NCBI GenBank assembly: GCA_963716985.1
Contig: OY970323.1
Location: 384,001-448,000 of the forward strand
DNA from: an uncultured bacterium
GTDB lineage: Bacteria > Chlamydiota > Chlamydiia > Chlamydiales > SM23-39
Direction of reading: 5' to 3'
DNA length: 64,000 bases
Made by a program: the position numbers and the translations under genes. Positions within the stretch are counted from its first letter, which is position 1, and every line of letters begins with the position of its first letter. The notes beneath the pieces are model-generated. The model did no database searches and was not told where the DNA came from. It saw nothing but the letters and a program-made list of their open reading frames with translations. Of the stretch, positions 18,154 to 28,514 are shown in pieces.

Positions 18154-18925
18154 CCGCATGCGAGGGGTTTTTTTTCGCTACTTTCATGAATTGTATAAGG
18201 GCCCACGTGCTCTGGCCGATCTTTTTTATTGGCCGCTTGTAGACATCCTTCTTTGGGGGCTGACATCGGTTTGGCTCTTGAGCCAACACAACGTTTCCAA
18301 CCTTCCTTTGATTTTGATGACGGGCCTTGTTTTTTGGCAGATCACATGGAGGGGAGGGATCGATATTTCCGTGAACTTGCTGCAGGAGTTTTGGTGCCGC
18401 AATCTCGTGAATCTTTTTTCGACCCCATTAAAAATTTCCGAATGGTGCGCGGGCATTCTTCTCATTTGCTGTGCCAAGCTTTTGATAACGATTGCATTTT
18501 GCGCCGGCGTGGTCTATCTGCTCTATTCGCTCAACGTGTTTCAAATGGGCTGGACCTTTCTTCCCTTTGCTTCTTCCCTCATGATTTTTGGTTGGGTCAT
18601 CGGGTTTTTGACTGCCAGCGTCATTATCTACTGGGGACAACAGATGGAGGCGCTTGCTTGGATGACGGGATGGGTTTTTGCTCCTTTTAGCGCGGTTTTT
18701 TATCCGGTAGCGACTCTGCCCGAGTGGGCCCATACAATTGCTTGGTCTCTGCCGACGACCTATATTTTTGAAGGGATGCGGCAGATCTTGAGCACATCCG
18801 CTTTCCCGGCGCATTATTTTTGGATCAGCATGGCTTTGAATGCAGTCTATTTGACCGGATCGATTTTTCTTTTTAAATTTTCTTTTGAGAAAAGCCGCTC
18901 GAAAGGTCTTGCAAGGCTCGAATAA
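18140..18925 (+). CDS. ABC-2 type permease
   Basis: Six TM segments, FYPV..LP motif, overlaps the ATPase. Confidence 0.88.
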   Translation: MMSLSRMRGVFFRYFHELYKGPRALADLFYWPLVDILLWGLTSVWLLSQHNVSNLPLILMTGLVFWQITWRGGIDISVNLLQEFWCRNLVNLFSTPLKISEWCAGILLICCAKLLITIAFCAGVVYLLYSLNVFQMGWTFLPFASSLMIFGWVIGFLTASVIIYWGQQMEALAWMTGWVFAPFSAVFYPVATLPEWAHTIAWSLPTTYIFEGMRQILSTSAFPAHYFWISMALNAVYLTGSIFLFKFSFEKSRSKGLARLE

Positions 18926-18982
18926 AAATTTGAAAAAGATTCATCCGGAAGATAGAATAGATTGAGAGAAAAGGTGCGTTAA

Positions 18983-19723
18983 GTGAAAAAATTTGTTTTC
19001 CTGATCGTTCTTGTTTTTATCGGCCTGATCTTTTTCCACGTCAAGCATGAGGAGAAAGAAAATGGGTTTCGCATAGGAGTGGATCCCTATTTTTATTCTT
19101 TGAACTTTCATGGACAGGAAAAATGGATCTCCGCTTACCTCGGAGATCTTCTTTTGGAGCTTGCGGCAAAAGAGGGCGTGGAGTTTGAACGAGTGAATGC
19201 GAACTGGGATACGCTCTTGGAAGATCTGGGAAACCACTATGACGCCGTTGTGGGAGCAGTCCCCCCTTATAATTTTCTCGAGGAAAAATATACCTTTTCC
19301 CCCATTTTTCTTAGCACCGATCCCGTGCTGATCCTTCCGATCAACGCCCCAAATGACTCTTTGAAAAAAATGAAGGGGCTGATTGTCGGCATCGAAAAGG
19401 GGAGCCGCGATCTTTTGATCGTTCAGAAGTATCCGGAAGTATTTGTCAAAGAATTCAATTCGCTCGCAGAGCTTTTAGAGGCAGTGAACCTCGGGCAGAT
19501 CGACGGGGCGCTTGCCGGACAGGTTCCGGTTGCGACCTATATAAAAGATCTCTATGCCGGAAGGCTCAAAATGACCGAGCCTTTGTCTGAAGAAGAGGGG
19601 CTTCGATTCATTCTTCTCAAAAAAGAAAAGAAGGGATTGGCCTCTCTGTTGGAGAAAGGGGTGAAATCGCTGAAGAAGAAAAAACTTCTTGAGCTGCAGC
19701 GCAAGTGGAGCCTGCACCCTTAA
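18983..19723 (+). CDS. Polar amino-acid ABC substrate-binding protein (family 3)
   Basis: N-terminal anchor; RIGVDP, WDTLL..L, GQIDGAL motifs. Confidence 0.8.
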   Translation: MKKFVFLIVLVFIGLIFFHVKHEEKENGFRIGVDPYFYSLNFHGQEKWISAYLGDLLLELAAKEGVEFERVNANWDTLLEDLGNHYDAVVGAVPPYNFLEEKYTFSPIFLSTDPVLILPINAPNDSLKKMKGLIVGIEKGSRDLLIVQKYPEVFVKEFNSLAELLEAVNLGQIDGALAGQVPVATYIKDLYAGRLKMTEPLSEEEGLRFILLKKEKKGLASLLEKGVKSLKKKKLLELQRKWSLHP

Positions 19724-22281
19724 GTATAGAGAGAGTGTTCTTCAAATTCTTCTTGGACCTTTTGATAGATGGCGGTGTCGATCGGGCATTTTTCTAGGTG
19801 CCACACGGAATCTACGTAATTTTGGATCGAGCGGTCGGAAGAAAAATATCCCATCTTCGCGATGTTATGAATGGCCGTTTCCGCCCATCTGAGAGGAGTG
19901 GCCCAAAGATCCTCTACTTTCTTCTGCGCGTTATAGTAAGCGCGAAGATCTGCGATGACAAAATAGGGATCGGCAAATTCCTGTTGATATCCATCGAGAA
20001 GCTGGTCGTAAATTCGATGCAGCGCCTCATGTTCTTGCTGCGTCTTGGCCAGACTTCCGTCTTTTAAAGCGTCGACGGCTTTTTTGATGGCATCATCGGA
20101 GAGGTAGATCTCCCAAGCGGGGTTGCGCTTTTCTCTTCGGATCGTTTCGATCTCTTCGGCTTTCAATCCAAAGGAAAAGGGCCACCAGGCCTCCGTGACC
20201 TCTTTTTTCATTTCGATGTTAGCGCCATCTTCAGTTCCGAGGGTTAGAGCGCCATTCATGGTGAGCTTCATGTTGCCCGTTCCCGACGCTTCCATGCCGG
20301 CAGTGGATATTTGCTGCGAGAGGTCTGCGGCCGGGATGATGATTTCTGCTTTAGAGACATTATAGTTTTCAATGAAGGCGACTTTGAGACGGGGAGAGAC
20401 GACGGGATCGTTATTGATTGTTCGGGCGACGCAATTGATGAGACGAATGATGAGTTTGGCCATTTCATAGCCGGGGGCTGCTTTCCCGCCGATGATCGCC
20501 ATGCGCTTGATTTTTCGGGCTGATGGGTTATTTTGAATTTCGTGAAAAAGCATGATCAGATGAAGCGCGTTCATCAGCTGGCGCTTGTATTCATGAAATC
20601 GCTTGATCTGGACATCGACAAGGGCATCGACGTCGAGCGTTGTGGAGTGGTCCAGAATTTTTCCATTGAAGTCGCGGATGGGGTTTTCCTTAGAAAGAAA
20701 ATCAAAGAGATCTTTCTTGTTCTGTTTTTTGATCTCTAAAAACTCTTTCTGGCTCTCCTCATTGCTTGCAAATGCAGCCAATTTTTGAATTTGGGAAAAA
20801 TCATGGATCCAATCGCCCTGAATGCGCTTTGTGATGAATTGAGAGAGCCGGGCATTGCAGTGATGGAGCCATCTTCTTTGGGTGACCCCATTGGTGACGG
20901 AGAGAAATTTTTCCGGGAACAGGTCGACAAAATCGCGAAAGATCGACTTTTTTAACAGATCGGTATGCAGAGCGGATACGCCATTGATCTTTTTTGATCC
21001 GAATATGGCCAAATGGGCCATGCGGATCTGCCCGTTTTGGATAAGGGACATGCGTTCTACTTTTGCTTCGTCATTGGGGAAGCGAGAGCGTACCTGATTA
21101 CAAAAATCTTGGTTGATCTTTTGGATGATTTTGTATTGTCTTGGCAAAAGGTAGGCGACTCTTTTTTCGTTCCATTCTTCTAAGGATTCTTTGAGCATCG
21201 TATGGTTGGTGTAGTTGCAAATGTTTTGCGTTATCTCCCAGGCGCGGTTCCAGGAAAAATCATAATGGGTGATGAGCGAGCGCATGAGCTCTGCAATGAT
21301 GAGGGCCGGATGGGTATCATTGATTTGGATCTGCACTTTGTCTCCGAGAGAAGAGAGATCCCCATAAACGTGCAGGTGGTGTCTGAGGATGTCTTGGATG
21401 GATGCGGATACGAGCAAAAACTCTTGCTTCAGACGGATCCTTTTTCCCGTTTCGTGATTGTCGTTGGGATAGAGGACATCGGTGAGCGAAGTATTTTCCG
21501 ATGCTTGGTCGAGCTGTCCCGCATTGTACCTTTGCAGCTCGAAATTTTTCGGAGATTCCTTTGTGGACCAAAGACGCAGAGAAAGAACGGAAAATTTTTC
21601 TCCTTGGGGAGCATAGCCGATGATCGGAACATCATAGGGAAGAGCAAGCACTTCTTCTTGATCTTCGAGAGAATAGATTTCATCGCCGTGGCGGTTGGTT
21701 CCGGGGATGATCCTGCCTCGAAAGGAGACGTTTTGCGAGTGGGTGTCGGTCCGCCATTCCCAGGGATATTCATTCAAAAGCCAGCAATCGGGCCTCTCCA
21801 CTTGCACGCCATTCCAGATTTCTTGTTGGAATATTCCATACTGATAACGCAGCCCATAGCCCCATGCGGGATAATGCTGTGTGGCAAGTGTGTCCAAAAA
21901 ACAGGAAACCAGTCGGCCAAGGCCGCCATTTCCAAGGCCCGGTTCGGCATCATATTCTGCAACAGAGGAAAGAGATCGATTGGTTTTAGCAAGAATGGCT
22001 TGGAGAAGTTCTGTGGCATGGGTATTCGTCACTGCGGCAGAGCAGAGTTTGCCGGGGAGATATTCCATGGAAAAATAGTAGAGAGTGCGTGGTTTTTTCT
22101 CCTCATAGGTCTTGAGAGTTGCAAGCCAACGGAGCTTGACCTCTTCGCGAAGGGCCAAAGAGAACGCGCGATAGAACTGCTCATCGGAAGCATCTTTTTC
22201 CACCCTTCCCATATCGGTGATGAGAAAGTGCCTGATCTTTTGAAAAAGATGTTCGGCCGTCAAAGAAATAGGAATCGACAC
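19720..22281 (-). CDS. glgP: Glycogen/starch phosphorylase
   Basis: GLGNGGLGRL, INDTHP, KRFHEYKRQ, EASGTGNMK (PLP lysine). Confidence 0.97.
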   Translation of the reverse strand: MSIPISLTAEHLFQKIRHFLITDMGRVEKDASDEQFYRAFSLALREEVKLRWLATLKTYEEKKPRTLYYFSMEYLPGKLCSAAVTNTHATELLQAILAKTNRSLSSVAEYDAEPGLGNGGLGRLVSCFLDTLATQHYPAWGYGLRYQYGIFQQEIWNGVQVERPDCWLLNEYPWEWRTDTHSQNVSFRGRIIPGTNRHGDEIYSLEDQEEVLALPYDVPIIGYAPQGEKFSVLSLRLWSTKESPKNFELQRYNAGQLDQASENTSLTDVLYPNDNHETGKRIRLKQEFLLVSASIQDILRHHLHVYGDLSSLGDKVQIQINDTHPALIIAELMRSLITHYDFSWNRAWEITQNICNYTNHTMLKESLEEWNEKRVAYLLPRQYKIIQKINQDFCNQVRSRFPNDEAKVERMSLIQNGQIRMAHLAIFGSKKINGVSALHTDLLKKSIFRDFVDLFPEKFLSVTNGVTQRRWLHHCNARLSQFITKRIQGDWIHDFSQIQKLAAFASNEESQKEFLEIKKQNKKDLFDFLSKENPIRDFNGKILDHSTTLDVDALVDVQIKRFHEYKRQLMNALHLIMLFHEIQNNPSARKIKRMAIIGGKAAPGYEMAKLIIRLINCVARTINNDPVVSPRLKVAFIENYNVSKAEIIIPAADLSQQISTAGMEASGTGNMKLTMNGALTLGTEDGANIEMKKEVTEAWWPFSFGLKAEEIETIRREKRNPAWEIYLSDDAIKKAVDALKDGSLAKTQQEHEALHRIYDQLLDGYQQEFADPYFVIADLRAYYNAQKKVEDLWATPLRWAETAIHNIAKMGYFSSDRSIQNYVDSVWHLEKCPIDTAIYQKVQEEFEEHSLYT

Positions 22282-22424
22282 ATAGATCCTTTTTTTTCCC
22301 TTTTACTAGAAAGGGGGCATTTTTTAAAGAAGGGAAAATGAAGAAAGGAACTTTTTCTTCGAAAAAAATGAATGAGGAGATAAGATCATTGGTTTTTACA
22401 CCCTATGAGGGAGAATTTTTTTGT

Positions 22425-22616
22425 ATGAAGCTCTTAAGAATTTTCACTATTTTATTGAGTAACTTTTTCTTCATCTCTCTTAGCGCCGATGAAAATGGTC
22501 CGGCCTCTCTGGCGGATCATGCAATGATCTCCAATCTTGTGACCCAAGAAGAGAAAGAGATTGCGATCGAAGAAGAAGATGAGGAAGACGAAGAGGATGA
22601 CGAGGAGGAGGATTGA
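22425..22616 (+). CDS. Small secreted protein with acidic C-terminal tail
   Basis: Signal-peptide-like MKLLRIFTILL..; poly-E/D tail. Confidence 0.45.
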   Translation: MKLLRIFTILLSNFFFISLSADENGPASLADHAMISNLVTQEEKEIAIEEEDEEDEEDDEEED

Positions 22617-22622
22617 TCGGCG

Positions 22623-23363
22623 TTAGAAGAGCTTTTTTGGCTTTGGCAGAGCTTGCAGAAAGGGCTCGATTTCATGAGGCTTGAGTTCCCGGTAAGAACC
22701 CGGGGCAAGCGCGCCCAAAAGAAGGGATCCAATGCGTATTCTCTTGAGTTCCAGAAGAGTGAGGTTTGCGGCTGCCACAAGAAGGCGGATCTCATGCTTT
22801 TTCCCTTCTTTTACGGTGATTTTCATAGTGCCTTTTCGAACTTTGAGCACACGGGTGGGGCGGACGAAGCTCTCTTCCAGTTGAAGACCATCGGATAGTT
22901 GGGATAGATGTTCGTGAGAAAGGTCTTCTCGAACGCGAACGAGATACTCTTTGGCCACCTCGAACGAAGGATGCATGACTTTGTGGGCAAGGGTGCCGTC
23001 ATTTGTGACGATCAAGAGTCCGGATGTGAGCTTGTCCAGCCTGCCAATGCAAAAAAGACGGCCCTCTTTTTTCGGCAAGAGGTCGAAAATGAGCTTTTCT
23101 TTATTCAGGCGTCGATTGCTGCAAAGAAAACCTTCGGGCTTGTTGAGAAGGAAATAAAACTTTTTTTTGGCAGTATCTCTTGGAACCGGTGCGCCATTGA
23201 AGGAGATTTGATCCTTTTCTTCCACTTTTTGCTGGGGCAATAGAGTAACGACGCCATTGACGGAAATTTTTCCTTCGAAAACGAGTTTTTCGACCGATCT
23301 TCGAGAGCCAAGACCTAAACTTGCTAAAACTTTATTGAGTCTTTCTGCCATGTTCGGGACCAT
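22623..23363 (-). CDS. rluB: rRNA pseudouridine synthase (RsuA/RluB family)
   Basis: S4 domain ERLNKVLA; GRLDKLTSG; EGKKHEIR. Confidence 0.85.
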   Translation of the reverse strand: MVPNMAERLNKVLASLGLGSRRSVEKLVFEGKISVNGVVTLLPQQKVEEKDQISFNGAPVPRDTAKKKFYFLLNKPEGFLCSNRRLNKEKLIFDLLPKKEGRLFCIGRLDKLTSGLLIVTNDGTLAHKVMHPSFEVAKEYLVRVREDLSHEHLSQLSDGLQLEESFVRPTRVLKVRKGTMKITVKEGKKHEIRLLVAAANLTLLELKRIRIGSLLLGALAPGSYRELKPHEIEPFLQALPKPKKLF

Positions 23364-23439
23364 TTGATTTAAAAAGAATAAAGGCAGATCCTAGATAAAG
23401 GCAACCCAATTTTGGTTTTCAATTGAGGAAAAAAAATGT

Positions 23440-24141
23440 ATGAAGAAAAAATCGATTTTAATCCTTATGCGCCATGGCCAGTCGATCTGGAATGAGCGTA
23501 ATCTTTTCACCGGATGGGTAGATATCCCCTTGAGTAAAAAGGGAATAGAGGAGTCCATTGCAGGCGGAGAGAAAATGAAAGAAATCCCCATCGACTGCAT
23601 ATTTACATCCACCTTGATCCGCGGGCAGATGACCGCCTTTTTGGCGATGCTTTCTCACAAAAGCGGAAAAGTGCCCGTTTTTCACCACCCCAAAGAGGGA
23701 AAACGCGACAAGTGGGCAAAAATTTATTCGGAAGAGACGGAAAAACAGACGATCCCGGTCTTTGCTTCCTGGCATCTCAATGAGCGTATGTATGGGCAGT
23801 TGCAAGGTGTGAACAAAGACGAGATGCGGCGCAAATATGGGCCGCAGCAGGTGCAGCTCTGGCGGCGCAGTTATGATGTGGCCCCGCCGAAAGGAGAGAG
23901 CTTGCACATGACGGCAAAGAGGACGATTCCCTATTTTCGAAAAAAAATTCTTCCTCGTTTAAAAAAAGGAGAAAACGTTTTCATCGCAGCCCATGGAAAT
24001 TCCTTGCGATCGATCATGATGGATTTGGAAAAACTCTCCAAAGATGAGGTGGTCCACCTGGAACTTGTTACGGGCCAGCCGATCCTCTATCGATTTTTTG
24101 AGAATCGATGGGAAAAACTGAAAGAAAACGAGAGTGAGTAG
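23440..24141 (+). CDS. gpmA: 2,3-BPG-dependent phosphoglycerate mutase
   Basis: RHGQS.WN..N.FTGW, LNERMYG.LQG, AHGNSLR. Confidence 0.95.
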   Translation: MKKKSILILMRHGQSIWNERNLFTGWVDIPLSKKGIEESIAGGEKMKEIPIDCIFTSTLIRGQMTAFLAMLSHKSGKVPVFHHPKEGKRDKWAKIYSEETEKQTIPVFASWHLNERMYGQLQGVNKDEMRRKYGPQQVQLWRRSYDVAPPKGESLHMTAKRTIPYFRKKILPRLKKGENVFIAAHGNSLRSIMMDLEKLSKDEVVHLELVTGQPILYRFFENRWEKLKENESE

Positions 24142-24170
24142 AAAAATTTTGACAACGGTTCGGAGATAAC

Positions 24171-24434
24171 ATGAAGGAATGGAAAGATCTTACCCATGAA
24201 GAAAAAATCTCGAGCGTGGAACAGGTGCTTGAAGAGGAGATAAGGCCCTTTGTTGCAAGAGACGGAGGCGGCGTCAGACTGATCGAAATTCGAGGAGAGG
24301 ATCAGGTTGTCATCGCCTATGAGGGCGCTTGCAGGGGTTGTTTTGCCGCGACTACCTCGACGCTTGCTGTGATCCAGGAAATTTTGAGAGAAAAACTCTT
24401 TTCGAACATCGTCGTTGTTCCGGAGGAGTTTTGA
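24171..24434 (+). CDS. NifU C-terminal (Nfu) domain Fe-S carrier
   Basis: IRP...DGG and GACRGC CxxC motif. Confidence 0.85.
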   Translation: MKEWKDLTHEEKISSVEQVLEEEIRPFVARDGGGVRLIEIRGEDQVVIAYEGACRGCFAATTSTLAVIQEILREKLFSNIVVVPEEF

Positions 24435-25642
24435 AAAGAGAAGATTTTGCGTTTTGCGAAGAGAAAAATTGCAATCCCAATCGACTCATCATCGATCTTG
24501 CCGCGATTGGCAAGAACGTGGATTTGCTGAAAAACCATTTTCCAAAATCGACGCGCATGATGGCGATTTTGAAGGCCAATGCGTACGGAACAAACTATGC
24601 GATTTTGGGACAATATCTCCAAGAAGCCGGAATCGATATCGTGGGAGCTGCGAATCTGATCGAAGCTCTTTTCTTCAAGAGGATCGGAGTGGAGCAGGAG
24701 ATTTTTCTTCTGCATGCTTATGATCAAGAAGCCTCTCTTATCGTGAAGAATGGATTTGTTGTCGCAGTCGATGAGCCATGCCTGATTCAGGCGCTCCAAA
24801 AAGAGGCGAAAGAGAAAAAAAAGATCATAAAAGTACACCTGAAGATCGAAACGGGCATGGGGCGCTTTGGCTGTGACCCAAAAGAGGCTCTCAGTCTTGC
24901 CCTTCTCATGCAGCAATCCAGCCATCTTCATCTCGAGGGATTATCGACCCATTTTTCTTGTGCGGATGTGGAGGGAAAAGAGGATTTTACCTATGCCCAA
25001 TACGAAAAATTTTGCGCGGTATTGCAGCTCTTAAGAAAAGAGGGGATCGATCCGGCGTATCGCCATGCGGCCAATTCGAGCGGTTCGATGCGATTTGATC
25101 TGCCGGAGTGCAACATGGTGCGCATCGGTCTTGCCCTTTATGGCATACCGCCGTGCATATTTGGAGAAAAAACTCTGGCCCTAGAGCCCAGCTTGACGCT
25201 CCAATCAAGGATCGTCAAAATTGCTTCCTATGAAAAGGGGCACCCGATCGGCTACGGAGGCTCCTACGTTGTGCAAAAAGAAAAAGAGAAAATTGCCGTT
25301 ATTCCCATTGGCTATTTTGACGGACTCCATCAGCAATATCGAACTGCTTCTCTTCTCATTCGGGGAAAAAAAGCCCCCATTGTGGGAAAGATCTGTATGG
25401 ACTACCTCATGTGCGACGTGACAAGCATTCCCGAGGCGGTTGTGGGAGATAGAGTGGTTCTTTTCGGCAGAGATGGTTTTGGAAATGAAGTTTCTCCTCA
25501 AGTCTTTGCAGATCTTGGGAGATGCGACGTGCGGCAGTTTATCTGCTGTTTGGGGCCAAGAATCGAGCGCGTTTTGCTTCCTCTGCCGCCAAAAACCCAT
25601 CGGCTTTTTCAAAAGAGCAATCTAAACAACCAGCTCAGTTAA
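24431..25642 (+). CDS. alr: Alanine racemase
   Basis: ILKANAYG PLP lysine, HLKIETGMGRFG, IGYG, VGKICMD; TTG start overlapping the nfu stop is inferred. Confidence 0.9.
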   Translation: MKREDFAFCEEKNCNPNRLIIDLAAIGKNVDLLKNHFPKSTRMMAILKANAYGTNYAILGQYLQEAGIDIVGAANLIEALFFKRIGVEQEIFLLHAYDQEASLIVKNGFVVAVDEPCLIQALQKEAKEKKKIIKVHLKIETGMGRFGCDPKEALSLALLMQQSSHLHLEGLSTHFSCADVEGKEDFTYAQYEKFCAVLQLLRKEGIDPAYRHAANSSGSMRFDLPECNMVRIGLALYGIPPCIFGEKTLALEPSLTLQSRIVKIASYEKGHPIGYGGSYVVQKEKEKIAVIPIGYFDGLHQQYRTASLLIRGKKAPIVGKICMDYLMCDVTSIPEAVVGDRVVLFGRDGFGNEVSPQVFADLGRCDVRQFICCLGPRIERVLLPLPPKTHRLFQKSNLNNQLS

Positions 25643-26515
25643 ATAGCGCTCGCCGCGGTCGGGAAGAACCGTGACGACGTTTTTATATTTTTTCGTCAGC
25701 ATCTCGGCTGCGATCACATTCGCCCCCGAGCTCACTCCCACCAAAAGGCCATTTTCTTTGGCAAGTTCCTTGGTCCTTCGGAAAGCATCCGGACTCGAGA
25801 TGGCGATGACATCGTCGATCACAGCGCGATTATTCTTGATGATGTCGGGAATAAACCCCTCGCCGATTCCATAAATTTTATGAACTCCCGCTTTCCCTCC
25901 CGAGAGCACGGCAGATTCTTTGGGCTCGACGACGACGATTCTTACTTTCGGATTGATTTTCTTTAGCGCAAGTCCCACTCCGATGATCGTTCCCCCCGTC
26001 CCGGCTCCTGCAACGAAGGCGTCGACATGCCCTACCTGTTCGATGATTTCTTTCCCTAGGAATTTTTCGTTTTCTTCTATGTTGTCTTCATTGCTAAATT
26101 GTCTTGGGTAAAAGGCCGTTTTGTTTTTCTTGACGATCCGGTCATACTCTTCAAAAGCACCTTCAATATCTTTTTCGGCGGGTGTTAAAATGATTTCTGC
26201 GCCGAAGAGCTTCATGATTTTTACGCGCTCGACGCTCATCGAGCCCGGCAAGACGGCGATGAACTTGTAGCCTTTGAGGGCCGCAATCATGGCAAATGCG
26301 ATCCCGGTGTTCCCGGAGGTGATTTCGATGATGGTTTGTCCCTTTTTGAGCATTCCCGATTTTTCTGCTTTTTCGATGATATAAAGAGCCATTCGATCCT
26401 TGATGCTGCCGCTCGGATTGGTCGTCTCGAGCTTGGCATACACCTGGCCGATTTTGATCATGGGCGTATGGCCAATGGTTCCTAAGATATTGGGAAAAAC
26501 GGTGTTTGGGGGCAT
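25622..26515 (-). CDS. cysK: Cysteine synthase (O-acetylserine sulfhydrylase family)
   Basis: NPSGSIKDR, TSGNTG, GTGGT, DRGERY. Confidence 0.9.
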   Translation of the reverse strand: MPPNTVFPNILGTIGHTPMIKIGQVYAKLETTNPSGSIKDRMALYIIEKAEKSGMLKKGQTIIEITSGNTGIAFAMIAALKGYKFIAVLPGSMSVERVKIMKLFGAEIILTPAEKDIEGAFEEYDRIVKKNKTAFYPRQFSNEDNIEENEKFLGKEIIEQVGHVDAFVAGAGTGGTIIGVGLALKKINPKVRIVVVEPKESAVLSGGKAGVHKIYGIGEGFIPDIIKNNRAVIDDVIAISSPDAFRRTKELAKENGLLVGVSSGANVIAAEMLTKKYKNVVTVLPDRGERYLTELVV

Positions 26516-26583
26516 GGAACAATCCTTTTTTATTGGGTCCTAAAACTTGCAAATAGCTGAAGAGAACGTTTTTTGCACGTTTT

Positions 26584-27333
26584 TTAAATTGGGAAAAGGT
26601 CTCCGGAGAGAAAACTTTTCCTCTCGTTTGTTTTGGGAAAATAAAGGTTCAGAGATCCGTCTTCTCCTATTGAGTCCAGAATCCCTTCGTACTGGTTTTT
26701 GCCGTCAAAGAATCGAACCTTTTGTTTTTTATAGGCTAAAAGAGAGTCGAACAAGGGAAGGAAAGGGGCAAACCCCTTTTTCTGAAACGTCTTGATAGTC
26801 TTCGAAAACTCTTTTTGCAGCAGCCCCAAGAGATGGGAGCGATCCCATAGCTTCTCAGTTTCGACAAAAAGAGAGGTGGCCGGCTGATCGATCGTGGCGA
26901 GCAGCTCTTTGGACATGTTCACGTTGATGCCGATGCCGAGAAAGATCTCGACGAGCTTGTTTTGGAAAGAGGTTTCGCAAAGAACTCCGGCGAGCTTTTT
27001 ATGGGAAAGCAGAAGGTCATTGGGCCATTTAATTTGTGGAGAGAGCTTAAGTTCTAGAAGAACATTTGCCAGGCTGATCGCAATGAGATGTGAGAGGCAG
27101 GAGAGTTGGGGAGTGTTTGCGGGGAGGCAAAAATAAAAGGTGATGTAGAGATTTTGCCCTTTGGGAGAAATCCATTTTCGATCATATCTGCCGCGACCTT
27201 GCGTTTGTTCGTCGGCGAGAATGCAGGTGATGTGATCTTTGGGGAAAGATGCGCTATTTGCTTTTGCCCACGTTTGGGTCGAATCGATCGTGTCGAAAGA
27301 AATAATTTGCATGTTTTTTCTCTCAAATTGCAT
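26584..27333 (-). CDS. birA: Biotin-protein ligase (no HTH domain)
   Basis: QTQGRGR..R.W.SP, KWPND, KKLAGVLCE, GIGINVN. Confidence 0.93.
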   Translation of the reverse strand: MQFERKNMQIISFDTIDSTQTWAKANSASFPKDHITCILADEQTQGRGRYDRKWISPKGQNLYITFYFCLPANTPQLSCLSHLIAISLANVLLELKLSPQIKWPNDLLLSHKKLAGVLCETSFQNKLVEIFLGIGINVNMSKELLATIDQPATSLFVETEKLWDRSHLLGLLQKEFSKTIKTFQKKGFAPFLPLFDSLLAYKKQKVRFFDGKNQYEGILDSIGEDGSLNLYFPKTNERKSFLSGDLFPI

Positions 27334-27380
27334 TCTAATGCACCACTTGATTAGAATGCGAACGAAAAGCTTAAGAAGTT

Positions 27381-28514
27381 ATGTGGGATCATCGCACTCT
27401 TTGGAGAATAGATTTTCGTCTTTTGCTGGTGATCTTGGCGCTCATGCTGATCAGCCTATGTACCATTTCTTCCATGACAATGGAAGCAAATGAAGCGGGA
27501 CAAGAGAGTTTTTTGACCCATTATGTTGTGAATCAAATCCAGTGGTTTTTGCTCGGATGGGCAGTCTTTTTTTTCTTTGCGGGCTTGAATTATCGAATAT
27601 TTTCCGAGTGGGCATGGATTCTCTACATCGGTATGATTTTCTTGCTCTTGGGCCTTTATTTGGCCCGTCCCATCCAAAGCGTTCATCGTTGGTATCGCAT
27701 TCCTTTTTTGGGAGTGAATATGCAGCCCTCGGAATATGCAAAGCTGATCGTGGTCATTACGCTGGGATGGTTTTTGCAAAGAAAGGAGAGGGATCGCTCT
27801 TCTTTGCGCTGCGGTTTGCAGCTTTCCCTCATCGTCGGCATTCCTTTTGTGTTGATCTTGAAGCAGCCGGACTTAGGGACCGCCCTTGTGTTGTATCCGA
27901 TCTTTTTGGTCATGTGCTATTTTGGACAGATCCATCGCTGGATTTTACGATTTTTGATTGGCGGCGGAGTTGCGGCTCTCTTGATGGTGGCTCTTCTTTT
28001 TACAGGGACTCTTTCGCATGAGAAGATGTCTCCTTTTTTCTTGAGTTTTTTGAAGGAATATCAATATGAAAGACTCAATCCCAATACCTATCATCAAAGA
28101 GCTGCGCAAACGGCGATTGCCATCGGGGGGCTTACCGGGAGCGGTTGGCATAAGGGGGAGTTTTCGGCCAGAAAATGGCTGCCGGCGGCCCATACCGACT
28201 CCGTTTTTGCTGCTTTTGCCGAAGAATTTGGCCTTTTTGGCTGTTTGGCGCTCATCGCTCTTTTTTATATTTTTATCTATTTTTCCTTTCAAACCGTTGC
28301 TGTGGCGAAAGATGAATTCGGCCATCTTTTGTCTTCTGGCATTGCTGTTTATCTTGCAATGCATATTATTGTAAATATGGCAATGATGTGTGGTTTTTTG
28401 CCCATATCAGGGGTTCCTCTGGTGCTTGTGAGTTATGGAGGAAGTTCGACCCTAGCGACGATGGCTGCCTTAGGAATTTTACAAAGTATTTATACAAGAA
28501 GGTTTATGTTCTGA
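27381..28514 (+). CDS. rodA: SEDS family rod-shape protein
   Basis: QPSEYAK, QPDLGT, HTDS.F..EEFG, SYGGSS; chlamydial birA-rodA synteny. Confidence 0.9.
   Translation: MWDHRTLWRIDFRLLLVILALMLISLCTISSMTMEANEAGQESFLTHYVVNQIQWFLLGWAVFFFFAGLNYRIFSEWAWILYIGMIFLLLGLYLARPIQSVHRWYRIPFLGVNMQPSEYAKLIVVITLGWFLQRKERDRSSLRCGLQLSLIVGIPFVLILKQPDLGTALVLYPIFLVMCYFGQIHRWILRFLIGGGVAALLMVALLFTGTLSHEKMSPFFLSFLKEYQYERLNPNTYHQRAAQTAIAIGGLTGSGWHKGEFSARKWLPAAHTDSVFAAFAEEFGLFGCLALIALFYIFIYFSFQTVAVAKDEFGHLLSSGIAVYLAMHIIVNMAMMCGFLPISGVPLVLVSYGGSSTLATMAALGILQSIYTRRFMF

Noticed and set aside
21202..22341. 379-aa plus-strand ORF
   Set aside because: Almost entirely antisense to glgP, with no recognisable motifs
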